A stretch of DNA of 64,000 bases from the NCBI GenBank assembly GCA_963840455.1, contig CAWIYV010000007.1:256001-320000 (forward strand). Direction: 5' to 3'. Made by a program: the position numbers and the translations under genes. Under the pieces are notes generated by a model. The model did no database searches. It saw only the letters and a program-made list of their open reading frames with translations, and had not been told where the DNA came from. This DNA is from Nitrospirota bacterium. GTDB taxonomy: Bacteria > Nitrospirota > UBA9217. Shown piece after piece: positions 55,901 through 64,000 of the stretch (its first letter is position 1; each line of letters opens with the position of its first letter).

Positions 55901-57902
55901 ATCGTACCCCATCACCGCCAGCGCAGGAGCGAACGGCACCTTGTCGCCGTCGGGCAACGTGTCTGTGGTGGGCGGCACCAGCAAGACATTCACCATGACA
56001 CCAAATGCGGGGTACCGCGTGGATGACGTTCTGGTTGACGGGGCATCAGTAGGTGCGGTTACCTCGTATACGTTTTCCAGCGTCCAGACGGACCACACGA
56101 TCAGCGCGACCTTTACATTGGATGTCTATACCGTTACGGCCGCGGCCGACGTCAACGGTAGTATCACGCCGTCGGGCGCAATAACGGTGAACAAGGGGGA
56201 CAACCTCACCTACACGATCACCGCCAATGCAGGGTACGATGTGCAGAACGTGATCGTTGACGGCGCAAGTAAGGGTGCGATAACCAGCTACACCTTTGCG
56301 AACATTACGGCGAACCACACCATCAACGCATACTTCAAGGTGAAGACGTATACCATCACGCCTAGTATAGGAACAGGGGGGAGCATATCGCCGTTGGGCA
56401 TTACCACTGTGAACATTGGTGCCAGCCAGACCTACACCATCACACCCATGGCAGGATATCATATTATGGATGTCCTGATTGATGGGGTGTCCGTCGGTGC
56501 GGCGGCCACATATGCCTTTACGAATGTCACGAGCAACCATACGATTGCGGCGATATTTGAAGCGAATCCATCGTACACCATAACGGCCAGTGCGGGAGCG
56601 AACGGCGCCTTATCGCCGTCGGGCAATGTGTCAGTGTTGGGCGGCACCAACCGGATATTCACCGTCACGCCGAATGCGGGGTATCGCGTGGTCGATGTGA
56701 CCGTTGATGGAACATCCGCCGGCCCGTTGACGTCATATACCTTTGCCAATATAACACAGGACCACTCCATCTCGGCAACATTTACCCTGATACTGTACTA
56801 CAACATCACTGCCAGTGCGGGGCCGAATGGTAGCATATCGCCGACAGGCACGGCATCCGTGCCGGAGTTCACAAACCGGACCTACACTATCACGCCGGAT
56901 GCGGGGTACCGCGTAGCCGACGTACTGGTTGACGGGGTATCAGTAGGAGCGCCGACCTCGTACACCTTCTACAACGTCCAAACGCCCCACACGATCAGCG
57001 CGGCCTTTACCCTGGATGTCTATACCGTTACGGCAGCAGCCGACGTCAACGGCAGCATCACGCCGTTGGGTACGACCACAGTGAACAGTGGGAATAGTCA
57101 GACCTATACGATTGCGCCGAATCAAGGATACCAGGTGCTGAGCGTGTTAGTTGACGGCGCGAACAAAGGTGCAATAACCAGCTACACCTTTGCGAACATC
57201 ACGGCGAACCACACCATCAACGCCTATTTCAAGGTGCTTACCTATACCATCACGGCCAGTGCAGGTACAGGAGGGAGCATATCGCCGTTGGGCACTACCA
57301 CGGTGAATATTGGTGCCAGCCAGACCTACACCATCACACCCACGGCAGGATATCATATTATGGATGTCCTGGTTGATGGCGTGTCCGTCGGTGCCGTGGC
57401 TACGTATACCTTCACGAACGTAACGGCGAGCCACACGATCGCGGCTATTTTTGCAGCGAACTCATCGTACATCATCACGGCCAGCGCCGGAGCGAACGGG
57501 ACCATATCCCCGGGCACGGTGACAGTACTGGGCGGCGCAAACCAGAAATTCACCATCGCCGCTGCCACAGGGTACCGCGTGGCTGATGTTCTGGTGGATG
57601 GCGTATCAGTGGGTGCGCGGACCTCGTACACGTTTTATAGTATTCAGGTGGACCACACGATCAGTGCCTCCTTCACGCTCGATGTCTATACCATCACGGC
57701 CGCAGCGGACATGAACGGGAGCATTACGCCATCGGGCACGTTGACGGTGAACAAAGGCGCCAGTCAGACCTACACAATCACACCTGCTGCAGGTAGGCAG
57801 GTGCGGAGCGTGATCGTTGACGGGGCGAACAGGGGTGCAATAACCAGCTTTACCTTTACGAACATCACGGCGAACCGCACCATCAACGCATACTTCAAGT
57901 AA
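52926..57902 (+). CDS. Large secreted/surface protein: 14 RCC1/BLIP-II-like repeats, CHB_HEX_C-like domain, 12 InlB-B-like repeats
   Basis: Signal-peptide-like VLAIALLIVGKPASA; 39-aa repeats AIAAGxxHTVALKSDGTVVAWGxNxxG; DTTPPTTTASP; ~74-aa repeats YTITASAGxNGSISP...GY.V.DV.VDG...YTF.N...HTI.A.F. Confidence 0.92.
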   Translation: MEESVARGRTRGKDPIKRFRATAWRKSLLPVMVLAIALLIVGKPASAEITMSFTQPALATGFYHTVALKSDGTIMAWGYDYYGQTTVPAGLTGVTAVAAGAYHTVALKNDGTVVAWGWNNYGQSTVPAFLSGVTAIAAGAYHTVALKSDGTVLAWGRNQNGESTVPAGLSGVIAISAAGYHTLVLKSDGTVVGWGYNVNGESTVPADLTGVTAIAAGGYHSVALKTDGTIVTWGRNVEGQCTVPAGLTGVVAIAAGTNHTTVLKSDGTVMVWGDNTYGETSVPADLTGVTALVAGKEHTVALKSDGTAVAWGRNTYGECTVPAGLNLITRYRVTANTPAIAAGDSHTVALKSDGTVVAWGRNQYGESTVPEGLSGITAVAAGGSHTVALKSDGTVAAWGNNDQGQTTVPAGLIDVAYIAAGGSHTVALKSDGTVAAWGDNTYGESAVPIGLSGVTAIAAGAHHTSALKSDGNVVAWGDNTYGQSAVPISLSDVTAIAAGAHHTTALKSDGTVVAWGDNLYGESAVPEALSGVIAISAGGFHTVALKSDGTMVTWGGNDEGQTTVPVGLTGVVYIGAGGFHTVALKSDGTVAAWGSNNQGQTTVPARLNLGSGRISCIPASVGYNSSSACMIMPGIGYQVIDVKAGPTGGVMSSVGAGTSYTIGNITADMFIAATFGANPMSDTTPPTTTASPAEGMFSVAQSITLSCNDGSGSGCNSTYYCLGPGCTPATLYRGDFTIANSTNLRFASIDNAGNAETIRTLTFTITMVNPTLSATAGPNGSITPSGTLTVPSGGNGAFTVTPNAGYRVSDVLIDGVSVGALASYTFSNVQTDHTISAAFTLDVYTVTATAEVNGSITPSGTTTMNKGGSLTYTIIPDAGYDVQSVIVDGATKGAITSHTFANITANHTITAYFKVKTFTITASARTGGSITWPLGVTTFNIGASQTYTVTPTAGYHVTDVQVDGVSVGAVTTYTFTNITSDHTIAATFGLNPSYPITASAGANGTLSPSGNVSVVGGTSKTFTMTPNAGYRVDDVLVDGASVGAVTSYTFSSVQTDHTISATFTLDVYTVTAAADVNGSITPSGAITVNKGDNLTYTITANAGYDVQNVIVDGASKGAITSYTFANITANHTINAYFKVKTYTITPSIGTGGSISPLGITTVNIGASQTYTITPMAGYHIMDVLIDGVSVGAAATYAFTNVTSNHTIAAIFEANPSYTITASAGANGALSPSGNVSVLGGTNRIFTVTPNAGYRVVDVTVDGTSAGPLTSYTFANITQDHSISATFTLILYYNITASAGPNGSISPTGTASVPEFTNRTYTITPDAGYRVADVLVDGVSVGAPTSYTFYNVQTPHTISAAFTLDVYTVTAAADVNGSITPLGTTTVNSGNSQTYTIAPNQGYQVLSVLVDGANKGAITSYTFANITANHTINAYFKVLTYTITASAGTGGSISPLGTTTVNIGASQTYTITPTAGYHIMDVLVDGVSVGAVATYTFTNVTASHTIAAIFAANSSYIITASAGANGTISPGTVTVLGGANQKFTIAAATGYRVADVLVDGVSVGARTSYTFYSIQVDHTISASFTLDVYTITAAADMNGSITPSGTLTVNKGASQTYTITPAAGRQVRSVIVDGANRGAITSFTFTNITANRTINAYFK
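53091..54752 (+). repeat. Intragenic 117-bp tandem repeats (7+7)
   Basis: Fourteen 39-codon units encoding propeller blades. Confidence 0.9.
55230..57899 (+). repeat. Intragenic ~222-bp tandem repeats (12 units)
   Basis: Three unit types ending TLD, YFKV and ANP/LNP/ANS. Confidence 0.88.
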
Positions 57903-57930
57903 TGTCCTGATGGCGCAATAAAATAGAGAC

Positions 57931-57960
57931 GGCCGGACATGAACTGTCCGGCCTTATTTT
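57931..57960 (+). terminator. Intrinsic terminator
   Basis: GGCCGGACA-TGAAC-TGTCCGGCC-TTATTTT. Confidence 0.75.
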
Positions 57961-58136
57961 ACCGTTAAGAGCATATCCCCTTCGTATATAGTATATACAC
58001 CATTCCATAAGTGAGAAAACAGCCCAAGTGAGGAAAACCATTTCCATCTACCTGTACTTATCACGGGCACAAGTGATTGTAGCGCGGGGGAACATAAAAG
58101 CGGCAGTCTGTAACTCTGTAAGATGTAAGGGTGATC

Positions 58137-58191
58137 TGGTGCCGCTGACCGGGGTCGAACCGGTACGGGAGTTGCGCCCGAGGGATTTTAA
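58137..58191 (-). repeat. Displaced 3' half of tRNA-Leu (middle att site)
   Basis: Same 31-bp 3' end, a different variable arm, then CGAGGGATTTTAA reaching into the anticodon loop. Confidence 0.9.
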
Positions 58192-58542
58192 AACGATAAA
58201 CACTGATTTAGTGATTTTCTATTAGCCCTTGAAATCATGGATATATTCTTTGATCTAAGGGCTTTTCTCGTTTCAAGACCTTGGTTACTATTTGGCGGGT
58301 TTTGTGAGGTTTTCTATCCGCTCGGGCATAGTTCGGGCATAAGGGAGTGGGGAGGGCGGGATTGACAAAATTGATGCTTATGAGTTTTGGTAAGTAAATT
58401 AAATTATACATAAAGCAAAAGATAATTTTCTCCCGCTTTTCTCAAATTGGATAACTCACTTAGGTTAACGAGAAATGGACAAAAAAGGTGAAAATCTCTG
58501 AGTGAGAGAGCAATGTAAATGAAGATATGACTCGTAACCTTA

Positions 58543-58571
58543 AAAAAGCCTTGCCTCATAAGAGGTAAGGC
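58543..58571 (-). terminator. Intrinsic terminator after lipoprotein gene
   Basis: GCCTTACCTC-TTAT-GAGGCAAGGC-TTTTTT on the minus strand. Confidence 0.7.
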
Positions 58572-58608
58572 CAATTCTGTTATTATTATTTCTTAAATTA
58601 GTATAAAA

Positions 58609-59028
58609 TTACTGCTTTATCAAATCAATACTGTCTTCACTGACTTTATTGAAACTGAAAACATCATCATATTCGGTGACATTCCCCACAAGGTGACCCG
58701 ACGCATTTATGCTTAATGCACCAATTGCTTTATAGGTAACCCAACGATAATAATAATAACAAGATATCATGCCATTATCACCTATCCTGCCCGAAACAGT
58801 ACCAGATTCATTATCTGAGTTAACAACACTTCCAGTTACATTCCCACTTTCTGAAATTGTAATATCCAAAGTTCCAGTCACATATGTGGTATCAACCCAT
58901 GCGCCTTTCCAATGGCCAGCATAAGGTGAAGGAGTTGAAGGTGAACTACTATCACCGCCACAACCGATAAAGACGCTTGCTACTAACAAAAAAATAAAAA
59001 AGGCCGATAGACTTCTGGTCCTAAACAT
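58609..59028 (-). CDS. Hypothetical lipoprotein (beta-strand rich)
   Basis: Lipobox VFIGC, Ser/Pro linker, YAGHWKG; AT-rich codons. Confidence 0.75.
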   Translation of the reverse strand: MFRTRSLSAFFIFLLVASVFIGCGGDSSSPSTPSPYAGHWKGAWVDTTYVTGTLDITISESGNVTGSVVNSDNESGTVSGRIGDNGMISCYYYYRWVTYKAIGALSINASGHLVGNVTEYDDVFSFNKVSEDSIDLIKQ

Positions 59029-59209
59029 AGCATCACCTTCGGACAATGTAGAACATTATTTTACTAATTATATCAAAAAAGACATAAGGCACGTTTTTTA
59101 CCTCAATTTGTCAAGAAAATGGTAATAGAGTGCCCAGGAGGCATTCCACTTGCGGCAATACAGGGCAGACAGATCACGGGTGAGCTGATATCGCGAGTCA
59201 TTGAAAAAG

Positions 59210-59298
59210 TGGTGCCGCTGACCGGGGTCGAACCGGTACGACAGTTTCCCGTCGAGGGATTTTAAGTCCCTTGCGTCTGCCAATTCCGCCACAGCGGC
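59210..59298 (-). tRNA. tRNA-Leu (anticodon TAA)
   Basis: GCCGCTG acceptor stem, D-loop GGAATTGGCAGA, AGGGA-CTTAAAA-TCCCT anticodon arm, long variable arm, ACCGG-TTCGACC-CCGGT, encoded ACCA; 89 nt. Confidence 0.97.
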
Positions 59299-59398
59299 CT
59301 GTGGTGACAGGACAGGGAAATAATCGGGGAAACTACGAGCTTTGTCAAGGAAATTTGTCGGTCGAGGGATATTTCCCAGTCTCGGGAAGCTGCTCTGG

Positions 59399-59725
59399 CT
59401 ATTGCATTCCCGCGAGGTAATCGGCGAGAGCGTTGATGTCCCGTTCCGAAAGACGGGTACCGAAGGCCGGCATATCGGTGCTGGGATTATGGGATTTTGG
59501 GTCTTTGATCTGCTGGACGATATATTCCCGCGAGCGTCTGCTGCCGACGCTCGTGAGGTTGGGGCCGCTCGAGCCGCCCTCGCCGTTGATGGTATGGCAT
59601 TCAATGCATTTTCCGTTATGGAAAAGCTGCGAGCCGCGAGACTCGCATCCCGTAAACATGATCAGGGAGAGGAAAGGGACGGCAATCCACGTAAGGGCGG
59701 TTCTCTGCTTCGTTGTCACAGGCAC
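59399..59725 (-). CDS. Monoheme cytochrome c (probable lipoprotein)
   Basis: FTGC lipobox-like, CIECH, GPNL, DMP. Confidence 0.85.
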   Translation of the reverse strand: MPVTTKQRTALTWIAVPFLSLIMFTGCESRGSQLFHNGKCIECHTINGEGGSSGPNLTSVGSRRSREYIVQQIKDPKSHNPSTDMPAFGTRLSERDINALADYLAGMQ

Positions 59726-59794
59726 CTCAAAAAAAGGGGAAGTACCGCACGTCGACGGTCCCTCCCGAAATTAATTCAACCGCTTATTTATTCC

Positions 59795-59977
59795 CTACTC
59801 CATCGTGATCGCCTGGACCGGGCAACTGTCAACCGACTGCTGGCAGTCGCAGGTGTCGCAGGCATTGGGGTCCTTCACCCATGCCTTGTCGTCCTTCAAC
59901 TCGTAGACCTTGGGGCAAAGCTCCGAACAGAGCCCGCATCCGATGCAAAGGTCCATGTTTACCACAGGGATTGCCAT
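59795..59977 (-). CDS. Ferredoxin
   Basis: CIGCGLCSELCP ... CDTCDC...CPVQAI; paralog of 9790..9978. Confidence 0.9.
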   Translation of the reverse strand: MAIPVVNMDLCIGCGLCSELCPKVYELKDDKAWVKDPNACDTCDCQQSVDSCPVQAITME

Positions 59978-60115
59978 GTTCATCCTTCCTTTCCGGGATA
60001 ATATCGCCTGTTAAGATATTACCCAATCAGGGATTTTGTTTCAAGCTTAAAGTAGCGCAGCCGCTCGCTTTCTTCCATGATGCAAATCATACTGGTGTGG
60101 AGCGGGAGCTTCGGA

Positions 60116-61126
60116 TCATCCCTTTTCCATCGCCGCGGCTACTGCATCGACGACCATCGCTGCGGTGATCTTTACCATGCATTCTAAATATGCCGGATTG
60201 CTGCAGGTGCGGCTTCGACAGGGGACGCAAGCTACACCTGCGGCCTGGATGACGCGGTGGCCGTTTCCGACCGGTCCGGTGCGTGCCGGGTCAGCGGCGC
60301 CGAAGAGGGCGACGACCTTCGTTCCGACCGCGGTCGCAAGGTGGAGAGGGCCGGTATCTCCGCTTACCAGGACGCTGCATTTTTCGAGGACCGCGCCGAG
60401 CTGGAGCAGGGAGGTCCTGCCGGCAAGCGAAAAGGGTTTGGTGCGGCTCAGGGTACGGATCTCCTCGGCAAGGGGGATATCATCAGGTCCGCCGACGATA
60501 ACCACTTTGCCTGCGAGCTTCCCGGCGATCATATCCGCCAGCTCCGCGAAGCGGGCCGCAGGCCAGCGGTTCACCGCATGGGTCGCACCAGGGTTCAGCG
60601 CGACGACGGGAGCTCCCTCCAGACCGCGGGAGGAAAAAAGTTCTCGTGCAGAGGCCCGTGACGCATCGTCGAGAATGAGTTCGAGGCCCGTGTCTGTGGG
60701 GGATATGCCGAGGGGGGCCAGGGTCTCCAGGTAGTTCACCACCGCATGGACGGTCCTATCCTTCGCCTTGTGGTACACCAGCACGCGGCAGGGAAAAGCA
60801 GCCGATGCGAGGAACCATGCTTTCAGATTGCTGCGCTGGAAGTTCAAGACGAGATCGTAGCGCCTGCTATGGAGCATCCGCCAGAGCTCGCTCTGCGCAG
60901 AGATGGATCGGTGCAGGCCCGAGCGGTCGAAGACGATTGTTTGGCTGACACGGGGGTCGTTCCTGAAGAGCGCAGCGGTGGCCTCGGATCCCACCAGGAT
61001 GGTGATCAGGGCACCCGGCGCGTATTGCTTGAGGGCGCGTATGACGGGTGTCATCTGGAGAAGGTCTCCCACAGCCCCGGGCTTCATGACCAGGATGTTC
61101 CGGTATGGTTCGCGCACGTTCTGCAT
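60116..61126 (-). CDS. Glycosyltransferase family 9 (LPS heptosyltransferase-like)
   Basis: GAVGDL, LNPGA...RWP, SGDTGPLHLA, LFG. Confidence 0.93.
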   Translation of the reverse strand: MQNVREPYRNILVMKPGAVGDLLQMTPVIRALKQYAPGALITILVGSEATAALFRNDPRVSQTIVFDRSGLHRSISAQSELWRMLHSRRYDLVLNFQRSNLKAWFLASAAFPCRVLVYHKAKDRTVHAVVNYLETLAPLGISPTDTGLELILDDASRASARELFSSRGLEGAPVVALNPGATHAVNRWPAARFAELADMIAGKLAGKVVIVGGPDDIPLAEEIRTLSRTKPFSLAGRTSLLQLGAVLEKCSVLVSGDTGPLHLATAVGTKVVALFGAADPARTGPVGNGHRVIQAAGVACVPCRSRTCSNPAYLECMVKITAAMVVDAVAAAMEKG

Positions 61127-61294
61127 ACGGTCTGCGACGAATCATAGTATAAAACCGGCAAGCCCGCAACAGGAATCAGTGCATGTCTCCGGCCGCTATG
61201 GCCATGAGAAGTAAAAAGAACTTTACAAAATAACTGCTTTCCCCTATTATGGGTGACGATGAACTCTTGGAATTTATTCTTGTTTTCCCGAGAG

Positions 61295-62086
61295 ATGCGG
61301 CTACCAAACCGGGTATTTGCGCTCATTCTTGGCGCTATCTGCTTTGCGGGACCGGGCCTTGCCTCGGAACGGTCAGATCAGCAAACGACAAAGGTCCATC
61401 ATCCGTTCCATCCCGGGGAGAAACTTACCTATAACATCAGCTGGTCCAACGTGTTCTCGGCAGGTACCGCGGTCATGGAGGTCAAGAAAGAGAAGGCCGA
61501 TGATGGCCGGGATGTCCTTCGGTTCGTCTCCACGGCCCGCACCACCGGCATGGTGGACAGTGTCTATCCGGTACGCGACACTATCCAGAGCGTCTTCGAT
61601 CCCCGGATCATGATGAGCCTCTCCTACAGCTTGAACCAGAGCCACGGCAAACGGAAAAGGAAACGGGAACTGGTCTTCGATCACGGGAACAAGAAGGTCA
61701 CGGTCACCGATGACGGTAAACAGGAGATCCTTGACGTTCCGGGGAACGTCCAGGACGCGCTCTCTTCGCTGTACTATGTCCGGACCCTCGAAGAGTTCAT
61801 CACGGGCAAGCCCATCGTCGTTACAGTCCATGATAGCGGCAAGACATGGACCGTTGAGGTCCATGTACTGGGCAGGGAGAAGATCAAGACCCCTGCTGGG
61901 GAGTTCAACACCATCAAGATCAAGACCTATCCCAAGTATGAAGGGGTCTTCCTGAACAAGGGCGAGATATTCATCTGGCTTACGGACGACAGCAGAAAGG
62001 TCCCGGTGCTTATGAAAAGCACGATTACCATCGGATCCATCGTTTCCATGCTGACGGACATGAAACTGGGAGACGACGTGCAATGA
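61295..62086 (+). CDS. DUF3108 domain exported protein
   Basis: Signal peptide, GEKLTY.ISW, D.LS.LY..R, TPAGEF.T, IWLTDD..KVPV. Confidence 0.85.
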   Translation: MRLPNRVFALILGAICFAGPGLASERSDQQTTKVHHPFHPGEKLTYNISWSNVFSAGTAVMEVKKEKADDGRDVLRFVSTARTTGMVDSVYPVRDTIQSVFDPRIMMSLSYSLNQSHGKRKRKRELVFDHGNKKVTVTDDGKQEILDVPGNVQDALSSLYYVRTLEEFITGKPIVVTVHDSGKTWTVEVHVLGREKIKTPAGEFNTIKIKTYPKYEGVFLNKGEIFIWLTDDSRKVPVLMKSTITIGSIVSMLTDMKLGDDVQ

Positions 62087-63093
62087 CCATGTCTGGTGAT
62101 TCGAAGAAACTCGCGAAGATCATCGACTTCTTCCCGAAGACCCGCATCCTTGTTGTGGGGGATGTGATGATGGACCATTATGTCTGGGGAAACGTTTCCC
62201 GCATATCGCCCGAGGCGCCGGTTCCGGTGGTGAACGTGACCCGGGAGACTGTGCTCCTCGGCGCGGCTGCGAACGTGGTGAACAACATCCGGGCACTCGG
62301 CGGTGAGGTCGGCATCTGCGGCGTCATCGGCCACGACGAAGCCGGTAAACAGCTCCAGCATCTTCTGCACGCACAGGAGATCCCCACCGACGGCCTCATC
62401 GTTGAGCCGGGCAGGTCCACGACGATCAAGACCCGCGTCATTGCCCACCATCAGCAGGTGGTCCGCGTCGACCGGGAGACCCGGGAAGGCATCTCCCGGG
62501 AGACGCACCGCAGGATCTTCGGACACGTCGCAGAGCGGGCTGGCAACGGTCTCGACGCCATTGTGATCTCGGACTACTGCAAGGGCGTCGTGACGAAGGA
62601 ACTGGTCCGGGACATCGTGCGGCTGGCGCGGAAGCGGGGGATCATCGTGTCCGTGGACCCCAAGGTGACCCACTTCGGGATCTACAGCGGCGTCACGGTC
62701 CTGACCCCCAACACCAAGGAGGCTTCCCTGGGCGCACGGGTCGAGATCGAGGACAACGAGAGCCTGCTGCGGGCCGGGAAGGGCCTGCTCACGCGGCTCG
62801 CCTGCGATGCGGTGCTGATCACCCGTGGTGAGCAGGGCATGAGCCTTTTTGAGAAGGGTGGACGCATCACCCACATCCCGACGGTGGCGCGTGAGGTCTT
62901 CGATGTCACCGGCGCCGGGGACACGGTGATCAGCGCGCTGACCCTCGCCATGGCAGCGGGGGCAAAGATCTCTGACGCTGCGAAGATATCGAACTACGCC
63001 GCGGGGATCGTGGTCGGCGTTGTCGGCACGGCAACCGTTTCTCCCGCGCAGTTGAAGCAACGGATCATGGATCAGAGGGGGAAAAGGAGATGA
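62083..63093 (+). CDS. rfaE1: D-glycero-beta-D-manno-heptose-7-phosphate kinase
   Basis: [32 protein letters not shown]. Confidence 0.93.
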   Translation: MTMSGDSKKLAKIIDFFPKTRILVVGDVMMDHYVWGNVSRISPEAPVPVVNVTRETVLLGAAANVVNNIRALGGEVGICGVIGHDEAGKQLQHLLHAQEIPTDGLIVEPGRSTTIKTRVIAHHQQVVRVDRETREGISRETHRRIFGHVAERAGNGLDAIVISDYCKGVVTKELVRDIVRLARKRGIIVSVDPKVTHFGIYSGVTVLTPNTKEASLGARVEIEDNESLLRAGKGLLTRLACDAVLITRGEQGMSLFEKGGRITHIPTVAREVFDVTGAGDTVISALTLAMAAGAKISDAAKISNYAAGIVVGVVGTATVSPAQLKQRIMDQRGKRR

Positions 63094-63983
63094 AAGGCGT
63101 AATCCTTGCGGGCGGAAGCGGCACGCGGCTCTATCCCATCACGCGAGGCGTTTGCAAACAGCTCCTGCCGATCTACGACAAGCCGATGATCTACTACCCC
63201 CTGTCAGTGCTGATGCTGGCAGGCATCCGGGAGATCCTGATCATTTCGACGCCCCTTGACCTTCCGCGCTTCCGCGACGTGTTCGGGAATGGCAGCGACC
63301 TGGGGCTCCGGTTCTCCTATGCGGAACAACCGCAGCCCAATGGTCTGGCCGAGGCGTTCCTGATCGGCGAGCGCTTTATCGGTACGGACGCGGTCTGCCT
63401 CATCCTGGGCGACAACATCTTCTACGGGCACGGCATGACCGGGCTGTTGACCAAGGCCGTGCGCGACGTAACGGCGTCAGGCGGGGCAACAGTCTTCGGC
63501 TACTATGTCAAGGACCCCGAGCGGTACGGTATCGTGGAATTCGATCGGAGCGGAAGTGTCCTGTCGATCGAGGAGAAGCCGGCACGTCCGAAGTCCCGCT
63601 ATGCGGTCACGGGACTGTACTTCTATGACAATGACGTGGTCCGCATCGCGAAGGGCATCAAACCTTCGGGACGGGGGGAGCTGGAGATCACGGATGTGAA
63701 CCGCGAGTATCTGCGCATGAACCGGCTCCGCGTCGAGCTCATGGGCAGGGGATATGCGTGGCTCGACACCGGTACTCACGAGAGTCTGCTCGAGGCGGGT
63801 GAATTCATTGCCACCATCGAACGGCGGCAGGGCCTCAAGTTGGCGTGTGTCGAGGAGATCGCCTTCAATCTTGGCTATATCGGCAGGGAACAGCTGCTAA
63901 AGGCAGCCGCCGACCACAAGAAGAACGCTTACGGCGAGTATCTCCAGATGGTGGCCGAACAAGGAGTTCCCGGTGCCCTTTGA
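63090..63983 (+). CDS. rfbA: Glucose-1-phosphate thymidylyltransferase
   Basis: [42 protein letters not shown]. Confidence 0.97.
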   Translation: MKGVILAGGSGTRLYPITRGVCKQLLPIYDKPMIYYPLSVLMLAGIREILIISTPLDLPRFRDVFGNGSDLGLRFSYAEQPQPNGLAEAFLIGERFIGTDAVCLILGDNIFYGHGMTGLLTKAVRDVTASGGATVFGYYVKDPERYGIVEFDRSGSVLSIEEKPARPKSRYAVTGLYFYDNDVVRIAKGIKPSGRGELEITDVNREYLRMNRLRVELMGRGYAWLDTGTHESLLEAGEFIATIERRQGLKLACVEEIAFNLGYIGREQLLKAAADHKKNAYGEYLQMVAEQGVPGAL

Positions 63984-64000
63984 TTTCCAGAGACTGGCGA

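Larger units (their letters stand above)
50700..58136. mobile_element. Genomic island remnant at tRNA-Leu (LuxR + surface protein), no integrase
   Basis: Bounded by tRNA 3' fragments; AT-rich intergenic DNA; ACGGGCACAA repeated near both ends (50812, 58063). Confidence 0.75.
58192..59209. mobile_element. ~1 kb mini-island at tRNA-Leu
   Basis: Lies between the intact tRNA and the displaced fragment; very AT-rich; TCGGGCATA direct repeat at 58322 and 58333. Confidence 0.72.

Noticed and set aside
58050-58059. ACCTGTACTT identical to the left half of the lux box
   Set aside because: No right half-site and no downstream gene; may be chance.
1-64000. CRISPR array, DGR, retron, integrase or transposase
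   Set aside because: No regularly spaced repeat-spacer array and no reverse transcriptase, cas or recombinase motif seen. The tandem repeats are intragenic coding units.

Overview
GC-rich bacterial chromosome segment. Gene content suggests an anaerobic Nitrospirota/Desulfobacterota-like organism (inference). In order: (1) the 3' end of an AmmeMemoRadiSam-type radical SAM gene, archease and RtcB; (2) a YbhGFSR-like ABC exporter; (3) a ~14 kb nitrogen-oxide cluster bracketed by two convergent norCB pairs, each with a di-heme NorC. It encloses a ferredoxin, hemerythrin-like protein, protoglobin-PsiE fusion, CBS and HPP genes, nrfHA followed by a selenocysteine peroxiredoxin (in-frame TGA plus SECIS-like hairpin, missed by the ORF track), a cupin, a NapH-like Fe-S protein, a cytochrome c/CopD-like/cytochrome b5 fusion and a cytochrome c'-like protein; (4) ccsA-hemA-hemC-cobA/hemD-hesB-hemB; (5) a 13-heme cytochrome c plus cytochrome b pair; (6) housekeeping genes from rplU to accA; (7) two integrase-less islands in tandem at tRNA-Leu(TAA). 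Their displaced tRNA 3' halves each carry a different variable arm. One island holds a solo LuxR, a near-canonical lux box and a 1658-aa double-propeller surface protein, the other a lipoprotein; (8) LPS genes. Intergenic spaces hold five copies of a ~115 bp palindromic element and many periodic stem-loop repeats. No CRISPR array, rRNA, integrase or transposase was seen. All family calls come from motif recognition, not database searches.
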